A DNA stretch of 63,767 bases, counting the filler, from Octopus bimaculoides (taxonomy: Eukaryota), in NCBI RefSeq assembly GCF_001194135.2. It is 6 parts of 6 records of this genome, joined end to end, with 100 filler letters (N's around TTAATTAATTAA, not from the genome) between each part and the next. Parts side by side here need not be neighbours in the genome. Positions count along the whole stretch, not along the records: positions 46,430 to 59,449 come from NC_068997.1; positions 59,550 to 62,470 come from NC_068994.1; positions 62,571 to 63,767 come from NW_026425447.1; 3 more parts are not named here. The stretch is one strand, 5' to 3'. Shown here piece after piece: positions 51,781 through 63,767 of this stretch. The translations under genes and the position numbers were made by a program. Positions within the stretch are counted from its first letter, which is position 1. Each line of letters begins with the position of its first letter. The notes below the pieces were generated by a model, which worked only from the letters and a program-made list of their open reading frames with translations, did no database searches and was not told the DNA's origin.

Positions 51781-53587
51781 AATATTTCTTTGAAAATCAA
51801 AGCAAAAGGAAATATTTAAGGAAAACTGATTCGAAACCGGTAACTCACCACTCAGATTCTACATTTACATCTACACCTTACACCTATGACCATCGGTGTG
51901 AAGCCGTGCGATTTAGTCATTAGTGTATTCGGTTCACCATCGTATAGTCGTGAGTTCGATTCCCGATTGCTCCTGTCCACTCAGCTAGCAAAAATGAGTA
52001 GCCCCTGTATTTCAAAGGGCCAGCCTTGTCACATGCGGTGTGTTACGCCGACTGTCCCTGGGGACCACGTTAAGGGTACGCATGTCTGTGGGGTGCTCAG
52101 CACGTTAATTTCCTTAGCAACATATTCCGTTGATCGAATCAACTAGAACACTTGTCATTGTAACCGATAGAGTGCCCAGCCATAATCGTCGGGGTACTCG
52201 GTTATGGTTTGAAATGTCTAAATGACAAACTCAAAAAAAATGAGCGTTTTCAAGCTAAGGAAGTGGCCATCTCATACGCACTTTAGAAATAACATCGTGT
52301 AAGAGAAACCATTCAGAAGTAAACACTCAAGGTTTTGTTATTCAAAAGCCAGAAATAAAGCTTTGCTTCTTTGCTAGGAATCATCCAGCTGCTTCCTTGT
52401 TGGAAAAATTTAAATAATTGAGAAATGATAATAGAAATATAACACACATACGTAATATATATGTGATGAGTACTTCATCTTGTCAGCTGACAGCTGTCTC
52501 ATTATTCATTTTTTTAGCCAATGTCTGTTAAGTGCCAGACTCCATGTGACCTCCGGCGAAATTTAACACCAGCTGATGTTTTACAAAACATGACTGACGA
52601 ATGTCAACATGCTAATTAGACCTGTCTGTCCAATGACATTCTTGTATATTATCATACGCCTTTGCAGTTCAGGTTCGAACCGCATACTGCACAAGTAATA
52701 TTTTGCAGATGTGGTCTTATGTGACTGAGAATGTTTCGATGAGTACGTACGTGGTTTCACGGAACAACATGGTTTGTTACCAAAAAAAAAAAAAAAAAAA
52801 AAGCACATTTACAGACATCACGCTTCCAGTTCTTCAGATTAACTGAAAATCGCGTAAAGCATACTTTATCGCTGAACAACCGATGCTTTTTTTTTTTACG
52901 CTCCCGTAACTTAGCTGTCCGGCAAAAGAAACCGATAGAATTAGTACTGGGGTCGATGTATTCGACTAAGCCCTTCAAAGCGTGTACACATTCACACACA
53001 TTTACACACGCATTCACACACATTTGTACACNNNNNNNNNNNNNNNNNNNNNNNNNNNNNNNNNNNNNNNNNNNNNNNNNNNNNNNNNNNNNNNNNNNNN
53101 NNNNNNNNNNNNNNNNNNNNNNNNNNNNNNNNNNNNNNNNNNNNNNNNNNNNNNNNNNNNNNNNNNNNNNNNNNNNNNNNNNNNNNNNNNNNNNNNNNNN
53201 NNNNNNNNNNNNNNNNNNNNNNNNNNNNNNNNNNNNNNNNNNNNNNNNNNNNNNNNNNNNNNNNNNNNNNNNNNNNNNNNNNNNNNNNNNNNNNNNNNNN
53301 NNNNNNNNNNNNNNNNNNNNNNNNNNNNNNNNNNNNNNNNNNNNNNNNNNNNNNNNNNNNNNNNNNNNNNNNNNNNNNNNNNNNNNNNNNNNNNNNNNNN
53401 NNNNNNNNNNNNNNNNNNNNNNNNNNNNNNNNNNNNNNNNNNNNNNNNNNNNNNNNNNNNNNNNNNNNNNNNNNNNNNNNNNNNNNNNNNNNNNNNNNNN
53501 NNNNNNNNNNNNNNNNNNNNNNNNNNNNNNNNNNNNNNNNNNNNNNNNNNNNNNNNNNNNNNNNNATATATATATATATATATATAC

Positions 53588-53748
53588 GACAGGCTTCTTT
53601 CAGTTTCCGTTTACCAAATCCACTCACAGGGTTTTGGTCGGCCCGAGGCTATAGTAGAAGACACTTGCCCAGGGTGCCACGCAGTGGGACTGAACCCGGA
53701 ACCATGTGGTTGGGAAGCAAGCTTCTTACCACACAGCCACGCCTGCGC
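53588..53748 (-). mobile_element. SINE family A 5' part
   Basis: Reverse complement of the head and core of 19171-19335. Confidence 0.85.
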
Positions 53749-54232
53749 CGATGTATATATTATGATACGATATAGGAAAAATGGAATATTAATTCGTATT
53801 TCGAATACTGTGTGTTATTTAAGATTTAGTACGTTTCATTCATCTACATCTTTATAAATTTAATGAATTATCATCTGAAATAATAGTTCAATATTTTTTT
53901 AAACTTTACATAGCAATGGAGTCACATTAAAGAAGGCAGCAACTCAGCTAAACATGTCTGTTGTTGATTTCCAGAATGCTTCCTATCAGTTTCAAGAGAA
54001 AAGTAGATACAAATCATTTTGTAGGTCATACAGACCTCGCACCACAACTCTGCAAAATAACCGTATGATTCATCGTTTTTATATTGCATTCACATTTACG
54101 GCTTGCAGTACCATACGGAAACTGCTGCTAGCATCAGTAAAATGTTACACTAACACAAGACCTCGACTGCAAAGCGACAAAACTTCTAATAGCAAGACGT
54201 CAAGTGATTATCCACAGAAATGAAGACCACAT

Positions 54233-54500
54233 GGCTCAGAGGTTAGAGCGTCGGGCTCACAATAGTGAGGTAGTGAGTTCGATTCCCGGACCGGGGTGTG
54301 TTGTGTTCTTGAGCAACACACTTTATTTCAGGTTGTTCCAGTTCACTCAGCTGTAGAAATGAGTTGCAATGTCACTGGTGCCAAGCTGTATCGGTCTTTG
54401 CCTTTCTCTTGGATAACATCGGTGGCGTGAAGAGGGGAGCCTGGTATGCATGGACGACTGCTGGTCCTCCATTAAACCTCGGAGGACAACTTTCTAGGGG
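54233..54500 (+). mobile_element. tRNA-headed SINE family C
   Basis: A-box tggctcagagg and B-box gttcgattccc; body ..gtcactggtgccaagctgtatcgg.. also at 50750-50900. Confidence 0.8.
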
Positions 54501-55589
54501 TAATCCCAAATGGTTCTATTTGACTAATGAGATAGAAATAAGTGAAAAAGAACCAGTGTGTATGTTTATTATTAGCATAATGACCCATCCGATATATAAC
54601 AATATTAACTGACATTAACTTCTGCAATAATAACTTTACTGATTTCAGAAAGCCAGCCGTCTTATCTATTATTCTGGTGAATACACAAGTTAGACAGTTT
54701 TTATTCTATCCCTTCAAAAGCGGGATAGAGAGACGGTTGTGAAGTCTTTCGCTGGTGAAGAAAATACAACCCAACATAGGTTAGTAGTTAGTGACTTCAG
54801 ATTTAGAGCTAGACGGTCTCAGAGTAAACAAACCTGTCTGGAAAAGGAAGATATGAATGTTTAAAGATCCGTCGGACTCCCATACGTTTAGAGAATTACT
54901 AACTGAAGCATTTGAGGAGGAGGAGGAGGAGGAGGANNNNNNNNNNGAGGAGGAGGAGGAGGAGAGAGCCGTATAGCACAGAAGACAACTAGAAGTTCCA
55001 AGGGGAAAACTTGTTGTGTATTACAGACCAAATCCATAGTTGGTGTAAAGTCCCAGCTGGCCGAAGATGACTCGGTGGTGAACCACAAAAGTAAAGACAG
55101 GTTGAAACATTGGAAAATGGAGTGCAGCAGAGAACTATAATAGGTAACTAGATGGGAAGTTGAATAAAGAGAGAAGCAGAAATTAAGAAGTTTGTCAATG
55201 TTCTGTATCGTGGGGGAGTTTCATATTGTTAGACGATATACTAAAAAGAATCGATATGTTGTGGATGAGAAGTGTGTACGGATGGATAATGGCGTGCTTG
55301 CACTTAGTGATTTTGAAAATAAAGAATCAAGGAAAGCCATTACATTTGGAGAATGCATGGGAGAAAGAGGGTCTTTTCAGTGTGAACTCAGCAGAGGAGG
55401 GATTAGTCATTCGTGTACAAAGCAGCATGACAGACAAAACAATTAAGGATATGAATTAAGGAGATGAAGGCAGGGCTAGCTCCTTGTCAATCACGCATAA
55501 TTTCTAGTGGTGTAGGTTGTACAAGAAGTCATACACAATGGCTGGCGTAGCGCCATCATAATCATAAAAGAGATGCCTTACAAAGAGAT

Positions 55590-56520
55590 AATGACAGCAA
55601 TATCAAATTGCTGGATCAAGTCATGGAAGCCGTAATCTTCAATAACTTCCCGTAACAATAGCTCAGTTGATTAGGGAGAGAATTATCCTAGATGAGATGC
55701 AATTCGGTTTCGTGTCAAGAAATATTACTGATGCCCTCTTCCTAATGAGACAACTGCAGCAGAATTACTTACTTAAGAGCAAGCCGTTCTACTTACCATT
55801 GGTTGACCTAGAGAAAGCCTTCGAAGGGTCACTCGCTTTGTGATCTGGTGGTCTCTGAGGAAGTTAGGAGTAGACGAATAGCTTAGGAAAGCATATAGAA
55901 ACCATGTACAGAGGTGCTGTTTGCATGGTGAGAATTAACAATGAGTACAGTGAAGAATTCGGTGTGCAAGTTAGGGACCCCCAGAGCCCAGTTCCCAGTC
56001 CCCTCTCTATTCATCATAGTCCTCCAGACCATAGCAGTGGAGTTTTAAAGTAGACACTCTTGTGTATTCCTCTATGCTGATGACGTCATTTTTATAGCCG
56101 AATCTGTAGGAGGAGTGGATTCAAAACCTGGAACCAAAGGGCCTCAGAGTTAACTTATCAAATGACTAAAGTTTTAGTAAGAAAACAGAGAGAACTCTGC
56201 TTCAATCAAGGAAATGACCTTGCTCGCTATGTAAAATGGAGTAGGAAGAAATTCCATACGATGTACTCAGTGTAAACTATGGAAACCCAAGGGGTGCAGT
56301 GGTAACAAAAGTGGTTTTACAGAGAATGTTGACTTTGTTCGTGATAAACGCGCAGAAGCAATAAACATCTGGAGCAGGCGGCAAATGTCCAGATGATCTC
56401 CAGAGATAATTGTTAGCTTCATTACTTATGTGAATTAATTACCAATGAAAAGGGATATTCTGAATGTATAATAACCAGAATAAGTTCAGGATGGAGACAA
56501 CCTTTCAATTGGTCTTCTCT
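55590..56520 (+). mobile_element. Decayed RTE-clade reverse transcriptase
   Basis: IKLLDQVM, DEMQFGF (55691-711), VDLEKAF (55802-22), YADD (56073-84), with many stops and frameshifts. Confidence 0.9.
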
Positions 56521-56523
56521 GGC

Positions 56524-56800
56524 TCATGGATACCAGTCAGGAACTGCATGGATGCAACTGTTGTCTGTGGACTTCATGACAATCCAACACAGTGAAACTT
56601 GTGCTTTCAGTATTCTGCGATTACGTCGTTCACTCCTCTTCTTTCTGGATTTATCACATTTCGGATATACTCTCGCAATGGATCTTTCCATGGCCTTTTG
56701 CGTCGTAGCCAATCGATGTTTTACCCTTCTTCGTAGTAGACCACGTCTCATTTGCATATAAGAGCAGATAGGACGGTGCTATAGAAAAGTCTGGCTGTAG
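56524..56800 (-). mobile_element. RTE-type 3' remnant, opposite strand
   Basis: LLLYANETWSTTKK..LATTQKAMERS motifs split across frames. Confidence 0.65.
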
Positions 56801-57589
56801 GGTCTTGTCCTGGTTTGACCTGAACACATCGAATACCATCTTTCTTCATAAGGAGGATAATAAAGTTCTAAAAACTACCTCATATGCTTCTTGTCTCATT
56901 TCTACAAGCTGTTTACAAAAGTCATGTGTCACCAGTCTATAACAGAAAAAGGTTATGCTGGGGAAAGGTCTCTCCCTCTCTCCTTCTCTCTGTCGCCCTT
57001 TCTCTCTCTGTTTTAGTGAAGGATAGACTAGACTGTATGAGGCTTGTATACGAACTGCCATGTTACATTGAAGCGAGACATAAGCTCTGAATGCAGAGGA
57101 CTTGCAAAGACCAGAAAAAAATGAAGCAGACATGCCTCATTGCTAGAAATAACACTTACATCTCCCTCTATGTGCAGTCTAATATCATGACAAAGGAAGA
57201 GTATATAGGATAATGTAGACAAAGACGAAATTATGCCAGGGTGGTCACGGCTGGATTGCCTTAGGTCATATATCCACTAAATCGCAGTTGTCTTGGGCTA
57301 AACAACAACAACAGAATCAGCAATAAATATCGAGTCACTGAAGCAGGTTGTACGCGGGCTGCTGGCAGAAAGAGCAGCCAAACCCTTTTCTCAAATCGAA
57401 GGCTGTGAGATTCAATTTAAGGAAAATCAAAAACAACTATTAGAACATCAGCAATGGTGGTTAAGCCCAGCAAAGTAATAAAAAGGCGGAGTGGTCATAG
57501 CCGGGGCGCTTTTTAGCATAGGTTCGTCCAGTGAAGGCTGACCTTGGTTTCAATAACAACCCACCGCATGCAGATGTAGTAGTGAGATT

Positions 57590-57906
57590 AAGAAGCTCGC
57601 TTGAAACCACGTGGTTTTGAGTTCAGTCTCACCGCGCGGCATCTTTGGCAAGTGTCTTCTACGATAGTCCCAAACCAACCAATGCTTTGTGAAAGAAATT
57701 GGTAGACGAAAACTGTGTGGAAGCCTGTTGTATATAAGTGTATGTGTGTGTGAATGTGTGCTTGTGTCTGTGTTGACAACCGGTGTCGATTTTTTGTTTG
57801 TGGTCCCGTAACTTAGCGGTTCGCCAAAAGTATTTGACAGAATAAGTACCGTTTTTTTTTAAAAAANNNNNNNNNNNNNNNNNNNNNNNNNNNNNNAAAA
57901 AAGAAT

Positions 57907-57947
<41 letters not shown>

Positions 57948-58130
57948 TGTGTGTTTGTCCGACCTCCCTCCGCTTGACAACCGGTGTTGGTGTGTTCACG
58001 TCCCCGATACAAAAGGCTGATAGAATAAGTACCAGGCTTTAAAAATAAGTCCTGGGGTTAATTTGTTCAAAAAAAAAAAAAATTTAAGGCACTGCTCCAG
58101 CATGACCGCAGTCAAATTGACCGAATCAAG
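57590..58130 (+). mobile_element. SINE family A pieces on both sides of a small gap
   Basis: Head/core at 57590-57850 and tail at 57950-58130. Confidence 0.8.
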
Positions 58131-58539
58131 TAAAATATAAAAGATAAAAAATAACGTATACAAAACATACCATTCATTAAATATACAATTAACGACAATT
58201 ATCAATTATCGAAAGTCTTGCAAATAGCCATACCTTACAATCGGCTGCATTAATACAGCATGTTATTTGCCTCTATCAAATACAGCAGACATCTTCTTCT
58301 GCTTCACCGTACAGCGGTCACCCAAAATTGGGGTTGTTTCAACCACAAAGAATAAAATACGTCAATCAAAAAATTCATTCTTTTCAAAATCCTGGCGCAA
58401 AACCAAGACTTTTGAATACAAGATCGTAAGAAGCGTTCTTTAAATGGACTTCATTTATCAGTCAATTCTCATGTTAGTGAGTCTGTCTGTCTGACTGTCT
58501 GTTCCTGACTCATTTACTCTCTCTTTCTCTCTCTCTCCC

Positions 58540-58598
<59 letters not shown>

Positions 58599-58765
58599 GT
58601 CTGTCTGTCTGTTTCTGTCTGTCTGTCTGTCTGTTTGTCCGCTTGTCTGCATGTACGTCAGTTTATCTATCTATCTGTCTGTCTATCTATCTATTTGTCT
58701 GTCTGTCTATTTATCTATCTATCTAGCTAGCTGTCTGTCTGTCTATCAGCCTGCCTATCTGTTTG

Positions 58766-58851
<86 letters not shown>

Positions 58852-59282
58852 GTTGATAATGACTTCAAATACGAAGCGGTGAAGATGGACGGATAACGTC
58901 AAGGAATAAATAAGCGAATCATTAGAGAAGCTCCAACTATTCGTGACAGATGCAAGAGACTAGTGTAGAGGATGTCATGAAAACGGTATCCTTTCGATCT
59001 TATCGGTTGATAGTCCCAGGCAAATAAGCAATTAATCCGTTACGTCTAGTTTCCAACAAATACAGTTGTAAGTCCAAAGAGATATGAAAGAAATGTTTAA
59101 CGCTGTCGTGTCTTGGCTTCGATATAACACGTTTGAAGGAAAATCTGTTTCATATGTGTGTGCGTGTGCGCGCGCGCACGTGTATATGTGCATGTGTGTA
59201 TGTGTGTAAATAAGGCGGTACTACAGCATGGCCGCAGTCCATTGACTGAGACCACAAAAAAAAAAAGAATATAAGAATGTAT

Positions 59283-59283
<1 letters not shown>

Positions 59284-59314
<31 letters not shown>

Positions 59315-59449
59315 TGGCTGCGTCTCGTGTTTCCGAGCTTGCAATCCAGTTCATTTTCCTGGGTGTTTGAACCGCAGATGGCTCCGCAATCCAAGGGTTG
59401 CATGAAACATACGGGGACATTGTGGACAAGGGATAGAAGGGGTTGGTTT
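59284..59449 (-). mobile_element. RTE (BovB-like) LINE 3' end: C2H2 finger, stop, short UTR, (TAC)n tail
   Basis: 59449-59351 reads KPTPSIPCPQCPRMFHATLGLRSHLRFKHPGK* (C-x2-C-x12-H-x4-H); tail appears as (gta)n at 59284-59313; 5' side lost in a join gap. Confidence 0.8.
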
Positions 59450-59640
59450 NNNNNNNNNNNNNNNNNNNNNNNNNNNNNNNNNNNNNNNNNNNNTTAATTA
59501 ATTAANNNNNNNNNNNNNNNNNNNNNNNNNNNNNNNNNNNNNNNNNNNNATATATACACACACATACATATATACATACATATATATATACATACACACA
59601 CACATACACACATATATATATATACATATATACATATACG

Positions 59641-59682
<42 letters not shown>

Positions 59683-59794
59683 AACATACATACATGTATA
59701 TATACACATGCATGTATATATACATATACATATATATATATATATATACACACATATATATATGCACATACACATACATACATACATACATACA

Positions 59795-59825
<31 letters not shown>

Positions 59826-60823
59826 GTTGCATTTTGTGTTTCCCTGTAGTGATCGTGTATCTCCACTCCACTGAAATACAATAATTCGTCTAACCTAAAT
59901 AACTACAGGTTCAAAAAGAAAAAAAGTCTGACGAGAAAAATTACGATATTAGGAAGAACGAAAGCAGTAGTGAAGAAGTCAACGAAAGAAAATAAAACGA
60001 AGAAACGACGAACAAACGGAGGGGAAATGACCGTAAAAGCATTACATACAATATTTCACGAATTTGAAAAGTTCAAGCCATTAATGATGAACATCGAACC
60101 TCAGATCAAACGAGGCATACAAAGTCGAACGTAACTCGGACAAAGAACTTCACTGACAAAGGCAGATATATGTTGATAAAATTATCGTTCAAGTGACTCT
60201 GTTTAAGCATTTTCAAAGAAATAACTTCATAAAAATATAAATTTATCTTCGTCTTTTTCATAAACACTACAGTAAAGCAGAATGATTTCATATCTTATAA
60301 ACCAAAGTCAAGTGAACTAATATTCATTATCATTTATCATATTTCTTTGAAATCTGCTTTAAAAGTATTACGTTTCTGTTTTTTAAATAAAGTAAAAAAA
60401 AAAAAATGGCGGAATTCACAGCTGAGTACGTTGGAGAATTTGAAAAAAAATATTGCTCTGTTTTATTGGTTTTCGTTATTAAAATGCGATGATGCTGAAG
60501 CATCGCCTTACAGGAATTAGTCGATCGAATCAACATCCCAGTACCTTTCTATTTATCTACTTATTTATTTATTTATTGAAATCTGCACCATTTTTATCGG
60601 ACACTTTTCTCTTGCGTCGAAACGCTACGTTAAGGAAACGTAAAGGAAACCAAGTTGTGTAAGACAAACACACACACACATACACTTACATACATTCATG
60701 CATACATACATCATATATACATACTACATGTGTGTGTATGTTTGCATATATATATTTATGTATGTTATACTTGAATACACACACACACTAACACACTAAC
60801 ATACACATATATGTTATACCTGA

Positions 60824-60857
<34 letters not shown>

Positions 60858-60963
60858 ACTTGGAGATGGTCATATTGCCAGTTTAGCCAATAAAAACACA
60901 CGCACTGTATATTTGGTGTTAATTTGCTTCAGCTTTATATTACATTAATCTTAATCTTATTTC

Positions 60964-61008
60964 GGCCAGAGTTCTTTCGTCACACTTCTGTGACCTCATC
61001 AGTGGTCC
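60964..61008 (-). ncRNA. Minimal type-I hammerhead ribozyme motif with intact core
   Basis: Minus strand GGACCA-CTGATGA-G-GTCACA gaag TGTGAC-GAAA-G aa C-T-C-TGGCC: complete core, 6-bp stem II, 2-bp stem III, CTC triplet, stem I CCA/TGG. Confidence 0.8.
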
Positions 61009-61946
61009 TTTGTATATATATATATATATATNNNNNNNNNNNNNNNNNNNNNNNNNNNNNNNNNNNNNNNNNNNNNNNNNNNNNNNNNNNNNNNNNNNNN
61101 NNNNNNNNNNNNNNNNNNNNNNNNNNNNNNNNNNNNNNNNNNNNNNNNNNNNNNNNNNNNNNNNNNNNNNNNNNNNNNNNNNNNNNNNNNNNNNNNNNNN
61201 NNNNNNNNNNNNNNNNNNNNNNNNNNNNNNNNNNNNNNNNNNNNNNNNNNNNNNNNNNNNNNNNNNNNNNNNNNNNNNNNNNNNNNNNNNNNNNNNNNNN
61301 NNNNNNNNNNNNNNNNNNNNNNNNNNNNNNNNNNNNNNNNNNNNNNNNNNNNNNNNNNNNNNNNNNNNNNNNNNNNNNNNNNNNNNNNNNNNNNNNNNNN
61401 NNNNNNNNNNNNNNNNNNNNNNNNNNNNNNNNNNNNNNNNNNNNNNNNNNNNNNNNNNNNNNNNNNNNNNNNNNNNNNNNNNNNNNNNNNNNNNNNNNNN
61501 NNNNNNNNNNNNNNNNNNNNNNNNNNNNNNNNNNNNNNNNNNNNNNNNNNNNNNNNNNNNNNNNNNNNNNNNNNNNNNNNNNNNNNNNNNNNNNNNNNNN
61601 NNNNNNNNNNNNNNNNNNNNNNNNNNNNNNNNNNNNNNNNNNNNNNNNNNNNNNNNNNNNNNNNNNNNNNNNNNNNNNNNNNNNNNNNNNNNNNNNNNNN
61701 NNNNNNNNNNNNNNNNNNNNNNNNNNNNNNNNNNNNNNNNNNNTTGGTATAATTATTTACTTACAATGATAACTATTATTATTATTGTGAATCGCCTGTG
61801 AATCTCGCTGACGGAAACAGCCGTAAGATGAGATTCTGTCTTTTTGTAATTAATTAAAAGAAGTTATAGTTGGTGTAAATCAATTGTTATTCATCAATTC
61901 TATCTCTATCTTTTGTTTTCCTCTCTCCTTGTTTCTTTCTGTGTTC

Positions 61947-62058
61947 CTTTCTGTGGAAGAGCGTAGGCTCGAAACGGTAAAGACTTTTTCATTTCCCGAG
62001 CGTTAAACTAATACATCTGTTTGTTGTCTACACCACCTGTCTTCGTCTGTTGTTTTTG

Positions 62059-62060
<2 letters not shown>
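61947..62060 (+). mobile_element. Probable Penelope-type tail with degenerate hammerhead motif (61947-61982)
   Basis: CTTT-CTGTGGA-A-GAGC gtag GCTC-GAAAC-GGT-AAAG; same family as 37869-37990. Confidence 0.55.
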
Positions 62061-62095
<35 letters not shown>

Positions 62096-62324
62096 ATATA
62101 TATATACAGACTTGCGTAATTTAGTAATTTGCAGTTGCCGGCTTTCTGAAACAAGTGTACGCTATATTAAGTATGAATATCGATTATGTTTTCTTTGATT
62201 CCTGTATGTGTGTGTGGGGGGAGTATGTGTGTGCAGTCTATAAATATAGTTATATGTAGATAAAAATGTATATATTCATATAAGCACAGATGTCATATAC
62301 AAATAAACGCAGATGTCATAGTTG

Positions 62325-62374
<50 letters not shown>

Positions 62375-62570
62375 ATTGTGTACATACATATATACATAAT
62401 ATACTTATGCATATATATACATACATATATATATACATATACACACTCACGTATACATATATACTTACATNNNNNNNNNNNNNNNNNNNNNNNNNNNNNN
62501 NNNNNNNNNNNNNNTTAATTAATTAANNNNNNNNNNNNNNNNNNNNNNNNNNNNNNNNNNNNNNNNNNNN

Positions 62571-62608
<38 letters not shown>

Positions 62609-62920
62609 ACATAGACATGTAACATAAACTTATGAGTAGTGAATTATTTATATTCAAACAACCAAATAATTATTGATTTATATCAAAGTCACTGCAGATC
62701 GAATTGTAGGAAGAGGGTTAGTTCATTGAATTCGACCCCAATTTTGGAATAGTGTTTTATGATATTGACCCAGGAGGGGTGAAAATCAAAGCTGACCTTG
62801 GTGAGTTCCGAAATCAGAACGTATATAATAAATATGGATTTTATTGACACTATAAATTATGATAAAAATATAAATAACGAGAGAGTACTCTCTCTCTTTC
62901 ACACTCACTCTTCCTTTTTA

Positions 62921-62961
<41 letters not shown>

Positions 62962-63101
62962 CTATCCTCGTGGGGAAAGTTTCGAATTAACATTCTTGCT
63001 GATGCACTGATGCAGACATCTGGATATTTATTTATATATACCGATATACACATGTTTACATACATATATATATGCATACGTATATACGTACCTACCTACC
63101 T

Positions 63102-63174
<73 letters not shown>

Positions 63175-63175
<1 letters not shown>

Positions 63176-63382
63176 TTGAGGGCGAGCTGAAAAGTTGCTG
63201 GCTTTAACTTATAGATAATACGGGAGGATCAGATCCTTTTTAACATATTCCCCTTTCAGATTCACGCATTTATCTCAGCGGTCCTTCAGTTTTTCTATGC
63301 CCTGTAAAAGAACTCGGTAATTTGGGCATCTACCCAGGCGATAACCTTCAAGTCAAGAACTTTTCAGTACCGACCCTCTCGT
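63175..63382. mobile_element. mariner-derived MITE (~210 bp, diverged TIRs)
   Basis: Left ..gagggcgagctgaaaagtt.ctgg and right caagaacttttcagtaccgaccctctcg are imperfect inverted repeats of the mariner cgagggg..ctgaaaagtt type. Confidence 0.6.
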
Positions 63383-63767
63383 GTGTATACATAATTACAT
63401 ACATACATGCATACAGACAGACAAGCAGACACACAGATGGACAGACAAACAGATAGATAGATAGATAGATTATTTAGTTAAATGAACCAATGCCAGTACT
63501 CATTATCTAAAACCTAGTATTAATATTGCCGACCTCATTTGTTGCAGCACTGGGTTACGGGGACATACCATCACTGGTTGTCAAGGAGGACAAACACAAA
63601 GACACATATGTGCGCGTGCGCAAAAACAGAGACACACACAAACATATAACATAGATGTGTGTGTGTGTGTATGTGTGATATGCTTCAGTAAGTATCCGTA
63701 CCAAATCCACAACCATTTGTTGGGAAACAACCTTCTTACCACTACGCCACGCCAGCGCATATTATAT

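Noticed and set aside
52650-52745. ZF-like HIRPH..TCAVCG on the minus strand
   Set aside because: Only fragments of two fingers, bounded by stops within ~35 codons.
54233-54300. tRNA genes at tRNA-like heads (also 42390-42455, 51890-51970, 30316-30380)
   Set aside because: A/B boxes are present but the cloverleaf is incomplete and each continues into a SINE body; not functional tRNAs.
2824-63207. Numerous YI/CV/HT/SL/ER/YLSI-repeat ORFs and X-filled ORFs throughout the track
   Set aside because: Translations of (AT)n, (GT)n, (CT)n, (ATAG)n, (ATAC)n tracts and gaps; no coding signal.

Overview
Eukaryotic, AT-rich, repeat-saturated draft-assembly DNA with many N gaps. The SINE families and the dense (AT)n/(AC)n/(ATAG)n/(TAA)n microsatellites most resemble an Octopus (coleoid cephalopod) genome; this is inferred from sequence style, not from a database search. 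I cannot identify any intact host gene with confidence, and almost every ORF in the supplied track is a microsatellite or N-gap artefact. What the sequence does support is: (i) many copies of three or four SINE-like families; (ii) decayed retroelement coding remnants: Penelope-like RT and GIY-YIG, RTE RT and C-terminal C2H2 finger, CR1-like 3' ends, and one RLE-clade CCHC/RHD segment; (iii) DNA transposon relics and MITEs (Tc1, mariner, Tigger, piggyBac-like); (iv) assembly artefacts: an Illumina adapter tail at 1-10 and five N44-TTAATTAATTAA-N44 join spacers. The most interesting signals are five minimal type-I hammerhead ribozyme motifs plus one half-motif, several in Penelope-like tails (best at 60964-61008 and 42541-42584). 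The 42.5 kb motif sits in a short tRNA-headed non-autonomous element with a target-site duplication. Also notable are a 5S-rRNA-headed version of the commonest SINE (11100-11319), and a CpG-poor contig (11.1-32.6 kb) that may be a methylated gene body with a few low-confidence exon candidates. I found no evidence for a wholly new multi-gene system.
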